Shown piece by piece: positions 13,617-26,291 of a stretch of DNA of 64,000 nucleotides. The stretch lies in the NCBI GenBank assembly GCA_951406725.2, contig OX597816.1, positions 150,102,001 to 150,166,000 of the forward strand. Reading direction: 5' to 3'. The stretch comes from Octopus vulgaris. Its lineage: Eukaryota. A program made the position numbers and the translations under genes. The first letter of the stretch is position 1, and each line of letters begins with the position of its first letter. The notes below the pieces were generated by a model. The model did not search any database. It saw nothing but the letters and a program-made list of their open reading frames with translations, and was not told the DNA's origin.

Positions 13617-14020
13617 CTTTTACTCATTTATTTGTTTCAGTCATTTCAATGCAGCCATGCTGGAGCATTGCCTTTGGCCAAACAAATTGACCCCAGGACT
13701 CATTCTTTCTAAGCCTAGTACTTATTTTATCGATCTCTTTTGCCAAACCGCTAAGTTACACACCAGAATCGCTTGCCAAGCGATAGTGAGGGACAAACAC
13801 AGACACACAAATATATATACACACATACACACACACATATATATATATACACATACACATACAACGGGCTTCTTTCAGCTTCCGCCTGCCAAATCCACTC
13901 ACGAGGCTTCAGTAGGCCTGAGGCTATAGTAGAAGTCGCTTGCCCAAGGTGCCACGCAGTGGGATGGAACCCTGAACCATGTGGTTGGTAAGTAAGCTAC
14001 TTTCCACACAGCCACTCTTG
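13617..14020 (-). mobile_element. tRNA-derived SINE with CORE-like ccttgggcaag motif
   Basis: Minus head has A-box tggctgtgtgg and B-box-like ggttccatccc, an internal (TG/TA)n tract and tail ...tgactgaaacaaataaa. Same family at 19422-19767, 56861-57262, 41340-41512 and 62910-63005. Confidence 0.8.
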
Positions 14021-14084
14021 TACCTATAAATATTATATATATATAGAGAGAGAGAGAATTCACAAAAATAAAACAAAAAACAAA

Positions 14085-14680
14085 AGACGAAGGCAGGTGG
14101 TGTAGACAACAAACAGATGTATTAGTTTAACGCGCGGGAAATGAAAAAAGTCTTTAACGCTTTTCCACAGAAAGGAACACAGAAAGAAAGAGGGAGAGAA
14201 AATAAAGAATGTGTCGTGGCTAGCGATCTATCATGGCGAATGCCGGACAGATGGGTCACACAGGAGGGCTAGGAAGAAGGGGAGATAATAAAGTAGTGGT
14301 GATCCCAAAATGAAGGTGTGCATCCGTGTGTATAAGAGAGCATGTATGTGCATGTGGAAGAGGGTTGGTGACCTTGACATGTGCATGTGTGCTGGGAAGT
14401 AGTCAGTGCTAGTGTGTGTGGTGGGGTGATATTATGTGGTGTTGTGTGGTATGGTAGTGTGTGGTGTAATGGTGTGGTGGGGGAGGCGAGAGTGGGGAAA
14501 GTAAGGGTGGGTGTGGATTAGGCTGAGGGTGGAGGTAGAGGTGGGGTATGGGGGAGTGGATGTAAGGGATGGGGTGGGGTAGGATGGGATGGATAGGGAA
14601 GGTTGGGTTGGATTGCATGGAGTGGGGTTATGAGGGAGGGGTGATGATGAAGGGAGAGGGGGAAGGGTTAGGAGTGAAGA
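14085..14680. repeat. Dispersed repeat, second copy inverted at 63500-64000
   Basis: 14236-14430 is the reverse complement of much of 63790-64000 (gggatcaccactactttattat, ctagcactgac). The G-rich/C-rich low-complexity flank is also shared. Confidence 0.8.
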
Positions 14681-14914
14681 ACTTACTGAGGCAGTCTTTC
14701 TGTGGCCATATGCCTTCCTAGTAAGGTACTATTTCCAAGTAAGGTACTATTCTTTCAAGCTCTTTGAATAACAAACAGCTCAATAGATAGAAATGTTTTT
14801 ACAGCAGATGTAAGCAACAATAACACATACTGACAATGTAACTGTTTTTATGATGTATGCAAACAACATTAGGACATCAGGAAGACATAAATGCACACAC
14901 ACACATGTATATAT

Positions 14915-14968
<54 letters not shown>

Positions 14969-14970
14969 CA

Positions 14971-15972
14971 TACGAGATGGAATCAAAAAGTTCCTGGACT
15001 AGTTCAGTAGCGTACCAACAGATGGCAGTACATGGTTGTAGGTGCAGGGGAGCTAGCAGTGTGCTGAGTGACATCACTGTGTTTACCTCACAAGTTGTGA
15101 AATTTGTATTTTTGTTATCATGTGTATACTGTAATCTGGGATTTTGTCATGGATAGGAAGTTGGAGCAAAGAGACAAGAAATTTTGTATTAAACTTGGGA
15201 AGTCAACTATAGAGACATTTAGCATGCTTCAGCAAGCTTACAGTGACAAGGCAATGGGTTATACACAATGTTTCAAGTGACATGGGTTCTTCAAAAATGG
15301 AAGAACATCCCTTGAAGATGATGAGTAATCTGGATGACCTATCACAAGCGACACCCCTGGAAATATGGAAAAACATTTATCAACTTGTACTTGAGAGTTC
15401 AAGGACAATCAATGGCATTTTCGATGTTGTTGGTCTTCGGTATGGATCCGTGCAGGGAATCCTAATGTCTGAATTGAACATGTAGCATGTCTCTGCCAAG
15501 TTTGTCCTTTGCCTGCTGATTACTGAGCAGAAAGAACATTGTGTTGAAGTCTGTCAAGATTTCCATCAGTGTGCCACTGATGACCCATCCTTCATGTCAA
15601 GGATCATCACTGGTGATGAGAGCTAGGTTTATGGGTACAACTCTGTGATGAAGCAGCAGTTGTCACAATGGAAGAGCCCTTCATCTCCACAACTGAAGAA
15701 AGCATGACAGAACCACAGCTCTATCAAGAGCATGCTCATAATTTTTTTCAACATCCGTGGTATTTGTGCATTGAGAATTCGTCCCCCAGGGTTAGACCTT
15801 CAATCAAGAATTCTGCTGTGATGTTTTGAAGCATTTGAGGGAGGACATATATGGTGAAAGTGACTGGATCTGTGGAGCACAAAGAATTAGGTTCTTCACC
15901 ACGACAATGCACCCTGTCACCAAGCTCTTCTCACTGAGTTTCTCACCAAAAACAATATGGCATCACTTCTAC
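14971..15972 (+). mobile_element. Mariner transposon, pseudogenised and 3'-truncated
   Basis: 5' end TA|cgagatggaatcaaaaagttcc. MDRKLEQR...FCIKLGKSTIETFSMLQQAY, FKNGRTSLEDDE, IITGDES*VYGY, HHDNAPCH, with many stops and frameshifts. Confidence 0.9.
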
Positions 15973-16110
15973 AAATGTAAATAATGTAAATAATGTCCAA
16001 CTTTCTAATTTGGAGACAACAAACAGACCCTCACAAATACATACTCATATATAAGTATCTGTGTGTGTGTGCATACATATGTTCATATGAGTGAATGAGT
16101 GGAGTGAGTG

Positions 16111-16156
<46 letters not shown>

Positions 16157-18964
16157 CAAGACTACCTTTACAATTTAATGTCCTTTCTGACCACTTACTA
16201 TTCAACCATGGGATGTAGTGGCACTATAATGTGTGAATGTGCTTGTGTGTCAGAATGAGAGGGCAAAAAAGGAAGAGTGTGAGCAAAAGCAAGAGCGTAT
16301 ATGTCTGCATTTGTTAGTGAGTAGTTGATATGCTAGGCAGGTCTGTTATAGTATCAGCATAAATGTGTGTATGTATAAGTGCAGCAACAGTGATGAGGAT
16401 GCAGATGAAACCTCTATAGTAAGCAGTGACTGCATTCTATACCAATCTGTGGTATCAGATTACTGCCCTCTTGCACATATTTCAGAACATAATCTAATTC
16501 AATAAAGATTTAAGGCTGTTTTTCAAGTCAAAGATGGTCAAAGATCTCTGAATAACTAATGGCAGTGCAATCCATATTTTGGTACTAAAATATGTTCTAT
16601 ATATATATTTTCCCATGACTGTTGCTAATAGGCTATGTTGGAGTAGTTTTTGAGTGTGGATTGGAAGTGGTCAGCCAAATAAGAAAAACCTAATGAAATA
16701 TTAATACTCTTATAAATCAGTACAATCATATTCAATTATAGTCATTGCTCTATTAGAAACAATTGTACAGGGTGCACTTTTATCTTTTGTGCAATAGCAA
16801 GAACATAATAGTTATGAAGATTTTCTATCTTTCAGTGCTGCTATGAAGGATACAAAGACAAAAAGGGTATTATAGTAGTCAGTATTTTGGAACTGTAATG
16901 GAGTTGACAAATTTGGTTTGATGAATGGCTCAGAATTTCCTGATATTTCTAATACAGAGAAGAATAAGAATGACTGTTTAATTGATCCATACATTTGTCC
17001 AGTACCAAGCATTGGTTTGACTAAGAACTTGACAAAATGCCAATGATATTTAGTTATGACCCGTTATGTTCTGGGTTCAAAGCCTGCCAAGTCAGTTCTA
17101 TTTTTTGTCCATCCAGGCACAATAAAATAAAGTCTCATTCAAGAACTGGGTGCTGGTTTAATATTCCTTTAAAGCAACATAAACATGAATGTAATTATAA
17201 CAGAAGAAATAACTTTGCTTTTATGATAAAGAGACTTGTGCTTACAAGATGGTTGATTTTAATAATGAACTCACAAGGTTTAAGGAGGAAAACTACTATT
17301 TCTGATTTAGTAGTGTTTAGTTTCAGACAATGTGTGTGTACAGGTAGGTATACACACACACACACACATGATAGTGGGAGGGAGGAAGGGTAAGGAGGAT
17401 GTACATTTGCATTTTGTAAAATTGTACAATTCGATAGATTTTTTTAATTTATTTTAATTTTCCAAAGAAGGGACACAAAAGCCAAAGCTCTATGTGTACA
17501 TGAAGAAAGGAGAAGTATAAGCAGTTAATATTCATTTTGATTTTATGAACAGCTGCAGTCTGATCGTGGAAATCACAGCACTGGTAGGATTGGTGGTGGT
17601 TGTTCAAGAAACCCTAGAGACTTACAGAAGGATTAGGCAAAAGTAAAGCAAATAAGATACAGTGAGTCAGAATGGGGAGGAAAACCACTAACCATTAAGC
17701 CACATGTCTCCACAGAGGGAAAAGAAGATATAATCAAAGGCATTCCGGACACAACCAATCCATTTTGCTTTTAATCATCATCTACATAAGACGGCATTAT
17801 CAAAGCAGTCCCTCCATTTTGGGGTTGATTGAGTGTAATTTTAAAAAGATTAAGCTATTTTTAGCAGATGGAAAACTATGTACAGGCTGCTTCATTTGAT
17901 TATGAGTTTAGATGGTGGACAACATTAATAAAAAAAAAAAATCAGATGTGCTGAGTAGTGGTAAAAGAGATATGGTGAGTGAAGGCTTGTGAATAAGAGC
18001 GATATCTTATTCATTTGTGTGTATGAATAGTGGTCACACTTTCCATCATATGTGTGAGTCTTACTCTGATATAGATATCTCTATTTTGTAAAAGGTTAGC
18101 AGCTAGGAGGATTTAGCAATGAGTATTGTTCCAAATGAGCATGCCTGGCAGGAAGGTTGACATGCCAGATTAAGCCTCCTCATCCTCCTGGTCATTGCTA
18201 CCACTATAATCATTAACATTGTAATGTAATGAGGTAGCCTTTATGTGGTTATTTGAACACCTAGAAAGAGTAGATAATTCTTCATCAAATCACATCAAAT
18301 AACACCTTAAAAACGGAATGACACACTGGATGATGTAAACTAAAAAAAAAAAGGGGGGGGAGACAGGATGGTAACAGCTGAAATGATTTTCATTACATTT
18401 CGGCATGCTCAGGAGTGACTCAGAGTAGATGGGGAACAACACCATTAATGTTGCTGGCATTATCAATATCACTAATATCTTTAAGTACCACTAGTATATC
18501 TGATAATAACACTATTATCCTGTCCAATACCATCTTATTCACTGCTCTTCCATCTACTAACACAAACATGACCAAGACCACTATAACCATCATGCAGTCA
18601 GCATTCCATCACCATCATCAAATCTCACTAAACTACATTTAACATCCTTACTAGTACTACTTTCACCACAAATACATCTACTCCTTACCTCTTCCACCAA
18701 CTTAGCACTACTCAGTTACACACTGGGAAATTGCTTAGCAACATTTTGTCCATCTTCACCTTCTGCATTCAAATTCCACTGAGATCAACTTTGCCTTTGA
18801 TCTTTTCAGGGTCAATAGAATAAGTACCAATTGAACACCCCCTGAAATTGCTGGCCTTGTGCAAAAATTTGAAATCAATATTCCACTTAAACTGTTTAAG
18901 GCACATACTAAGGATAAATTGGCAGAACATTTGATTCTTTTAGTCTTTCCTACTTTCCTTCATT

Positions 18965-19420
18965 GGACACTAAACTCTGCTTGCGAAGACCTGTTGAGGC
19001 AAGTGAAATCGAAATTGAATCAAATTCGATGATTGGCACCTATACCAGAGGAGTGCTAAGAGCACCATCTGAGCATGATCATTGCCAGAGCAGCTGACTG
19101 GCTTCTGTGCTGATGGCATGTAAAAATACCGGTTGGTATGTGAAAAAACATTCGAGTGAGGTCGTGCCAGTGCTGCTGGACTGGCTCCTGTGCACCATTT
19201 GAGCGTGGCCGTTGCCATTACCGCCTGACTGGCTGTTGTGTCGGTGGCACATAAAAGCACCCACTACATTCTCAGAGTGGTTGGCGTTAGGAAGGGCATC
19301 CAGCTGTAGAAAATCTGCCAGATCAGATTGGAGCCTGGTGCAGCCATCTGGTTTGCCAATCCTCAGTCAAATCGTCCAACCCATGCTAGTATGGAAAGCG
19401 GACATTAAACGATGATGATG
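18965..19420 (+). mobile_element. RTE 3' UTR / tail-derived repeat
   Basis: Reverse-complement match to 1381-1818; ends ttaaacgatgatgatga. Confidence 0.78.
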
Positions 19421-19421
19421 A

Positions 19422-19767
19422 TTCAGTTGTTTCAATCATTTGACTGTGGCCATACTGAAGCACCACCTTTAGTCGAACAAATCGACCCCAGGACTTATTC
19501 TTTGTAAGCCTAGTACTTATTCTATTGGTCTGTTTTGCCAAACTGCTAAGTTATGGGGAGGTAAACACACCAACATAAGTTGTCAAGCAATGGTGGGGGG
19601 ACAAACATATACACACATGCACATATATGAGGAGGCTACTTTCAGTTTCCATCTACCACATCTACTCACAAGGCTTTGGTCGGCCTGAGGCTATAGTTGA
19701 AGACACTTGTCCAAGGTGTCATGCAGTGGGACTGAACGCAGAACCATGTGGTTGGTAAGCAAGCTGA
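19422..19767 (-). mobile_element. tRNA-derived CORE-like SINE
   Basis: Colinear with 13617-14020; abuts the RTE tail tail-to-tail. Confidence 0.8.
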
Positions 19768-19774
19768 CATCATT

Positions 19775-20130
19775 GTTCTCACAAATGCTACTTATGTCCA
19801 GCATTGTAAAAAAAAATAATTTTGAATCAAATGCACTAGATGGGTCATTTAATTAGAATGGATGACACAAGGATTTCCAAGCAATTACTTTATAGAAAAC
19901 TAACACTAATAAGTGCCTATAGCATAAACTCTAGAAGTGATATATGCCATGGTACAATCAAGAAAGGTTGTGAAACATTTGAACAGAACGGAATTCAACA
20001 TGCAAAAATAAAACGAGCTATTGAAAAGCAAGAACAACTGCTTAGTGTTTTCAGAGAGGATTGATATGTATTCTCAGTAACTGCCAATTCTTACTAAAAG
20101 CTGGATTAATTAGTCATGAATGGTCACACA
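19775..20130 (+). mobile_element. Decayed RTE-type LINE C-terminal fragment
   Basis: GHLIRMDDTRISKQLLY motif and a downstream KAGLISH zinc-finger-like remnant. Confidence 0.6.
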
Positions 20131-21789
20131 GTGGAGACAAAATCAAGACTCATATAAAAACATACTCTCTCCAAAACTGGGGGCCTGAAGAGGCTCATTT
20201 GAATACACAAAAATGCACCTACAGAACTAGTTGAAAACCTTTCACAGATGCCATATTAGCAAGGAAGTGGTATCATACATGGCAACTTCAGTGAATTTGC
20301 CTTTAGAAGCTGAAATATGTCACAAACATATTTTAACTAACTTAAAGTTTGTTTATTCTTCATCACTGCTTACCACTGATATCATTGTACTTATTCTATC
20401 CAGACAGTCTGTGAAAGCAAATCAGTCACTGATATTGACTGTTTTAAGATAAAGCTATGGTTTTAGAATCTGGCTGAGTTATCTCTCTTCAATGACTCAT
20501 ACCAAAATGTGCCAGAAATGTGTCTGGGTGTCTGTTATTTTTACAATGAGAGAGAATTTTTCTCTATGGTAAATGCAGTGAATTTGCCTTCAGAAGTTAA
20601 AATACATGATAAACATTTTTTAACTAACCTAAATTTCATACATATATATGCACACAAAATACATTTATTTGCATACACATACATACAAATACAAACACAT
20701 ACAGTCATTGTGGCCCTTACACTTTTCTACTGTTTATTATTCGTCGTTTAACACCAATTTTCTTTCCTCACTTTTCTCTCTCACAGACACTATGTTTTCA
20801 TGGGTTATCAGCCAAATTGCACAACAAAATCAATATTGGTTAATCAGTATATACTAATCTTAATTAGTTAAGAATAACTGACTGAAAACTCCAACACTCA
20901 ATAAAAGCTGATAGCAAATTACATAATCTCCAGTTTATCTGCAAAGAAGCTGTATAAATGTTTCAGGTTTTCTAGATTTTAAAGCTATGAATTTGAGACA
21001 ATGTTTATGTCTTTAAATTACTACTTTTGTGAATATATTTTTTATTAAACTTTGCTTCTTTGTTGGAATTATCATTTGCTATTTTCTGGATAATATAATG
21101 ATCCAAAGAGTAATTGCATAAAAATAATATGAATAACTGAGTTTATAGGCTCAGAATGGTTGAGTATAACCTAGTTCTTAATTATTGTGTTACTGTTTAG
21201 CCCAAGTTAACCCCCAGCAGAAGCACTGGGGTTCACTAGTTTACAATTCAACTTTTGAGAAAAGCTATCTGCAATATTTGAGCATCAAAACCAGGGAAAC
21301 ATTTATCTCTCATTTGCTAAATGCTGAGGAATCCAGAGTGGAGCACTAACCCTATGTATTGCTGTGGTCTGGAAAGGATTAGCTACTTAAATCATGTATA
21401 ACCAATATGTTTGTACAGGGGAGAATAAACAGGTAATTGAATTTTCTACAGTACATGACTGGTACTTGTATTATCCATTTCAAAAGAATGACAGGCAAAG
21501 TCATTGTTGATAGGATCTAAAATCTGTCAACAATTTCCTCCTCAAATTCCCTTTTTTTAAATTTAGGGTTGGACAGAGTAGACTGACTTTATACTAGTTC
21601 ATTATTGGTGCTTATTTAAAATAGTTGATCCTATGTATTAGGCTTCAAAAGCAAGACAAACCTATTGTTTATCACTAATTGTTGGTGAAATTTTAAGTTA
21701 CTTTGTTTATTGTTTAGTCTAAGTAAAAAGATGAGTGTTTATAACTTTTGTGAGCACCCCAAGACTAGTCTATGAGAATAATGTGGCTG

Positions 21790-22240
21790 ATGTTCATCTT
21801 GAACTTTTGAAGGTAGATATTTTGTGAAGAAATGTATAGGGAAGAGAGGGGGCAGGAGGAAAATTATCGAAATTCTGAGGAGGAAGGATTATAAAAATTA
21901 TTAGTATGGTATCTAGGTATTTTTCTCCTTAAAAACAATGATCAGAGGAAGGACAGATGAACCAAATGCATTTGGGAGGAGAAAGTAGCAAGTTGGCAAC
22001 TTCAGAGGAAAACAGATTGTAGTGGCTGTAGAAGAGAGGATGCAGTGCATTGGTGCTGAGCAGTTGTAGCAAAGCTGTGCCTACTTTTTTTAACACAGTG
22101 TACAATTTCTGTGTGTGTAACAGGTATACTATCCCATACATACATACAGCAGTAGTCTAATATGCTAATGCAAGGAATACTTGTGCATTAAAGAGGGTTC
22201 TGAAATGTCTTGGTGATGTTTGCTATATTGTTCTGTGAGT
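21790..22240 (-). mobile_element. Decayed LINE (CR1/Jockey-like) ORF2 C-terminal remnant
   Basis: LNAQV... and LFYSHYNLFSSEVANLL resemble post-RT motifs; very degenerate. Confidence 0.35.
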
Positions 22241-24255
22241 AATATCTTCATCACAAAAAATATTAACTTGAAAACTTAACTTGTTCAATAACTATTTCTT
22301 AGTTCCTTGTTTAAAAGTGATCACCATCCTTTGAATTCAATATGAGAATGTTTTATTAGAACCTACACAAGAATGCTCTATATTTATGATATATGAATAA
22401 CAAAACCCATCTAAAAGAATCAAACCCTTATTTCAAGTGATGGCAGTTAGTCTATCTTTAGTTTGAGATATTCATTGCCATATCTGTTGTCAAAGGGTAA
22501 GTCACTTATCTGACTTCTTTATAGAATTAGTGGTATCCATCAATGTGTGAGCAGTAGACCTCATCTAACTATGACCACAGGATGAATTGAATTCAGCACT
22601 ATCATTGAATGAAACTCAGCAATTTTATAGTTTACTACAATAAACCATTTCCTACAAAAATATCTTGTAACCACAATTTTGGATTGGCAACTTTTCATTG
22701 CCTTGATGCATGTTTTGGCAAGTGTCACAGTGCAGATAATTTACAAGATTCTAATTGCCACACCTATTCCCTCCTACCCTCATCTGGGGTAACTTATCCA
22801 CCTAAGTATTCACACTCTCACTTCTGTTTGATAATTAAAAAGAATCTTAAATATCTTTGCATATTCTTCTTTCACTTACATTTTCCTAATTCTGATACTC
22901 TTTAACTGGAATTATTTGCCTGAATTTTTGCCAATGATTAAGAGAATTCTACTTGTAATATCCAAGGAAGACAAGATATATTTTAATGTTGACATTTAAG
23001 TGAATAAAGTAAAAGGTTAATGCTAAAGCTATGACTTATTTCTAGGTATTTATCATAAACAATAAGACTGAGAATCCACCACTTCTATTTTATATTGGCT
23101 TATGAGCCAATATAAATTCAATCATTTACCTTTGTATCAGAAATCAAATATTTCAGTCATTGTTATTATTGAAAGATGTCTTGTCTGACATATCAAAGCT
23201 TAAATAAGCATCAGTGAAGTAGTACTAAGTATCTGTGAGTAGTAAAATAGCTGTCAGAAGAAGAAAATTTCCAAAGAAAATCATTGCCAAACAGATGAAA
23301 GTATCTATCAGTTAATAATCACATTATGTAATTTAATTTCCTATAAGATCATGTGAAGTACTTAGTAATCTTCATTAAAGCAAGAGACTGGCTAATCCAA
23401 TGGCTTTAACCATTCAAATACGAAATACAAAAAGCTGTTTATCTCATTAGATCTATAAATCTAAAACAATAAATCACAAGTGTGAGGCATTCATAGATCA
23501 CAGTTCTTTTGTTACAACACCAACACTATGTTTTAATGACACCAGTGTTAAGTCACCACACAGAAGTGCAAAATTATATCAACCACCAATAGAGGCCCCT
23601 CAGTGTGTCCATATTGGTTTATTTTCCAATCTTTCTATTTCTCTTCATTCATTTTCTTTTTATTAGCAGTGAAAAGTGAATAATATTCAATTGAAACAGA
23701 TGTTCAAATTATTACTTTCATGAGCTAAGCAGTGATACACTGCTGGATACCCGAGAAAGACCCACTGCTTAAAATAGTTTGTTTATATACATGATCAAAG
23801 CTAGCAATGAAAGAAATATTTAAGAAAATGGAATTTGGTCATGAAAATGAAGGACATGCATGCATGCACACATGTGTGCAAACACAAGCACAGACACACA
23901 CATTCATGCACTGACAAACACACATACATTAGGATGCTGAGAAACACATAGTGTTGCACCATAGGTATCTGTACTAGAAATATGCTGCCACAACCCATCA
24001 TTAGTGAATATAGAACAGCAGTGACAGTTGTAATAGAAACAACACCACCATATTAGTCTATCTATAAACACATGCGATCTTAAACTTTTCACCAGATGTT
24101 TGCACCAGTTATGCATCATTATTTTACCTGAAAATCTGCCAGAGTAATAAATCTGTAATTGTAATACAGACTGTTGTGTATGCCTGTGCATGCATGGATG
24201 TAATGTGTGTGTTATTAATAAATATACATATATAGATGTGTGACATGTATGTATG

Positions 24256-24297
<42 letters not shown>

Positions 24298-25091
24298 AGT
24301 GTATGCATATTATTAATAAATACCTTTATATCTACATAGATGTGTAACTAATGTATTTATATGTTTCTATTTATTTATATACAAATACATCGTATGTTAC
24401 AAATACATCTCTCTGTATATAATTGAAAAAGAGTGAGAGTTAAGCCATTTGTTAGTAATTAAAATGTAGTTGTTGATATATTGAATCTGATCCCAGGAAA
24501 TTGGGCTCACATATGAAATGATTAGGAGAAGGACAGGTGGAGATAGGCAGTTTTGAATAGAAATGTAACTTATGCTGGCATAGGAAAATGGAAGTTTAAT
24601 TTATAATCATGATAAATTATGGTGCTTTTAGGTTTTACTACATCTTTAAGCATAACTGTACTGAAAATTGAGATTATTTTACAGAAGTTCAAGGTTTTAG
24701 ATTTCTAGAGGAATATGAATAGAATTTCATGACATGCATGCCTTTACTAGTAAGTAATTACTATATGTTAAATGATCACAACTGGAAATTTATACTGATA
24801 CAGAAGCAGTTTACTGGAAGTTTGTCTCCACTCTATACTAATAACATAATAAAATAACTTAGAACTTTAGAATAGTAACAAAAGGTTATAGCTTAGGTTG
24901 GGCTGAGCAGAAGCTAAAAGCTGACTTATTCGCTTGAGTATATTTTTGCAAGTGAGAAGAAAATAACAATGATAGTGATAATTTCTTACAACTCAAAAAC
25001 TATGCAGGGAACAAAATGTAATTGATATTTATGCCTTTCTAAAGAGCATCAGTGATGGAACTGAAATGAAAAGTTAACTTTTATATTAAGA

Positions 25092-25487
25092 CTAGCAGTA
25101 TCGCCCGGCGTTGCTCGGGTTGTAAGGGAAATAACTATATAAGCATTTTTAGAGAGTTATAGCCAAAAAATAGCAAAAAAATGCATTAAAAATTGAAAAA
25201 AAATTAAGGTAAATTTTTTTTTAAATCGTTGACACATCGTAGATATTTTTAGAGAGTTACTTCCCTTATATAAAAGCGAAAAAAATGCATTAAAATGGAA
25301 AAATATGATGGTAAATTTTTTTAAAAATCGTAGACTCATCATAGACGCGCGCTAATACCCAGAAGGGCTCGATATGAATCACGACTATAAGATACCCGCT
25401 TTTGGTTAAACTGCACCGCAAAATGTGGGAGTAGTTACGAATCTAAATCGTAGGAGACAGACACACAACTTCACTCTTATATAAAGA
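25092..25487 (-). mobile_element. Non-autonomous Helitron
   Basis: Minus strand A|TCtttatataa...cccgagcaacgccggg (subterminal hairpin, 25104-25119)...CTAG|T. No TSD; CpG-rich relative to flanks. Confidence 0.82.
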
Positions 25488-25502
25488 TGCTTTTTTTTTC
25501 AG

Positions 25503-26291
25503 TCATAGAGTTAGATTTATGAAGGTCTTCAGTAGAAAATCCTTCGAATTCTGACTCGCTGCTTGATATAATGAAATTCGTATCCATTTTTTGTCAGAAT
25601 TACAAATTTTGAAAACACAATAGGAACAAATTTCGGAAAAAAATCTCCCATAATTCACAGAATTAAAATTACACTTCGATTTTTGTACAAAACTGTATTT
25701 GAAGTGTTTACAAAGTATAATACGTGTTTTCACGAATGTACTAAAGAGATTTACTCTGATATTCTCATTTAAATATGAATAGGTAAATTCGGGCGGTTTG
25801 GTAACGAAAGGGTTAAACGGATGCATACATTTATAACTATATATAAGTGTCGTCTGTTTATACATAAACACTGTTTCATACTTTCAGTTTAGTCTTCCTC
25901 AAATCACTCTGTTGCTATTTACTCTCTTCCAAGAACATTTTCACTCACTCTTATCTGTTAGCTTGCCATACATTTTACTCATGTATCTATCAGCGTGATA
26001 GACAGAAACAAATATTACATCTAGTTTCACTTTATTCGTTGCACACTGTGTGTGTGCGTTTGCGTGTGCTGTAAACCAGACTAAGAAAAGCATTTGACAT
26101 ACACACCAGAATGTGAGTTTTCTGTAAATTTTGCTTAATTGGAGTTTAAATTTTAAAAAGTGGACCTGGCAAAACCCGATGCATTCTACTCTTAAAAATG
26201 CTAGGTAAATTGTAATTGAAGAAATCCTATATTGTAGATTTCTATAACTGACAAAGGGAGGCAGATAAAATCTGCCTTTTATAATAAGAGA
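25503..26291 (-). mobile_element. Second Helitron-like 5' end plus piggyBac-like terminus
   Basis: A|TCtcttattataaaaggcagattttatctgcct 5' end at 26291, and TTAA|ccctttcgttacc terminus at 25812-25816. The opposite ends were not found. Confidence 0.45.

Noticed and set aside
13940-14020. tRNA-like sequences with A and B boxes (also at 30690-30765 and 43341-43430)
   Set aside because: They are SINE heads continuous with SINE bodies; no complete cloverleaf.
14135-14185. Possible collapsed hammerhead remnant (minus ctgtggaaaagcgttaaagac)
   Set aside because: No intact CUGANGA/GAAA core or stems in this copy.
24128-24152. ttacag|25 nt|gtaaaa possible microexon on minus
   Set aside because: Weak splice sites, frameshifting length and no homology; expected by chance in a 47-kb intron.
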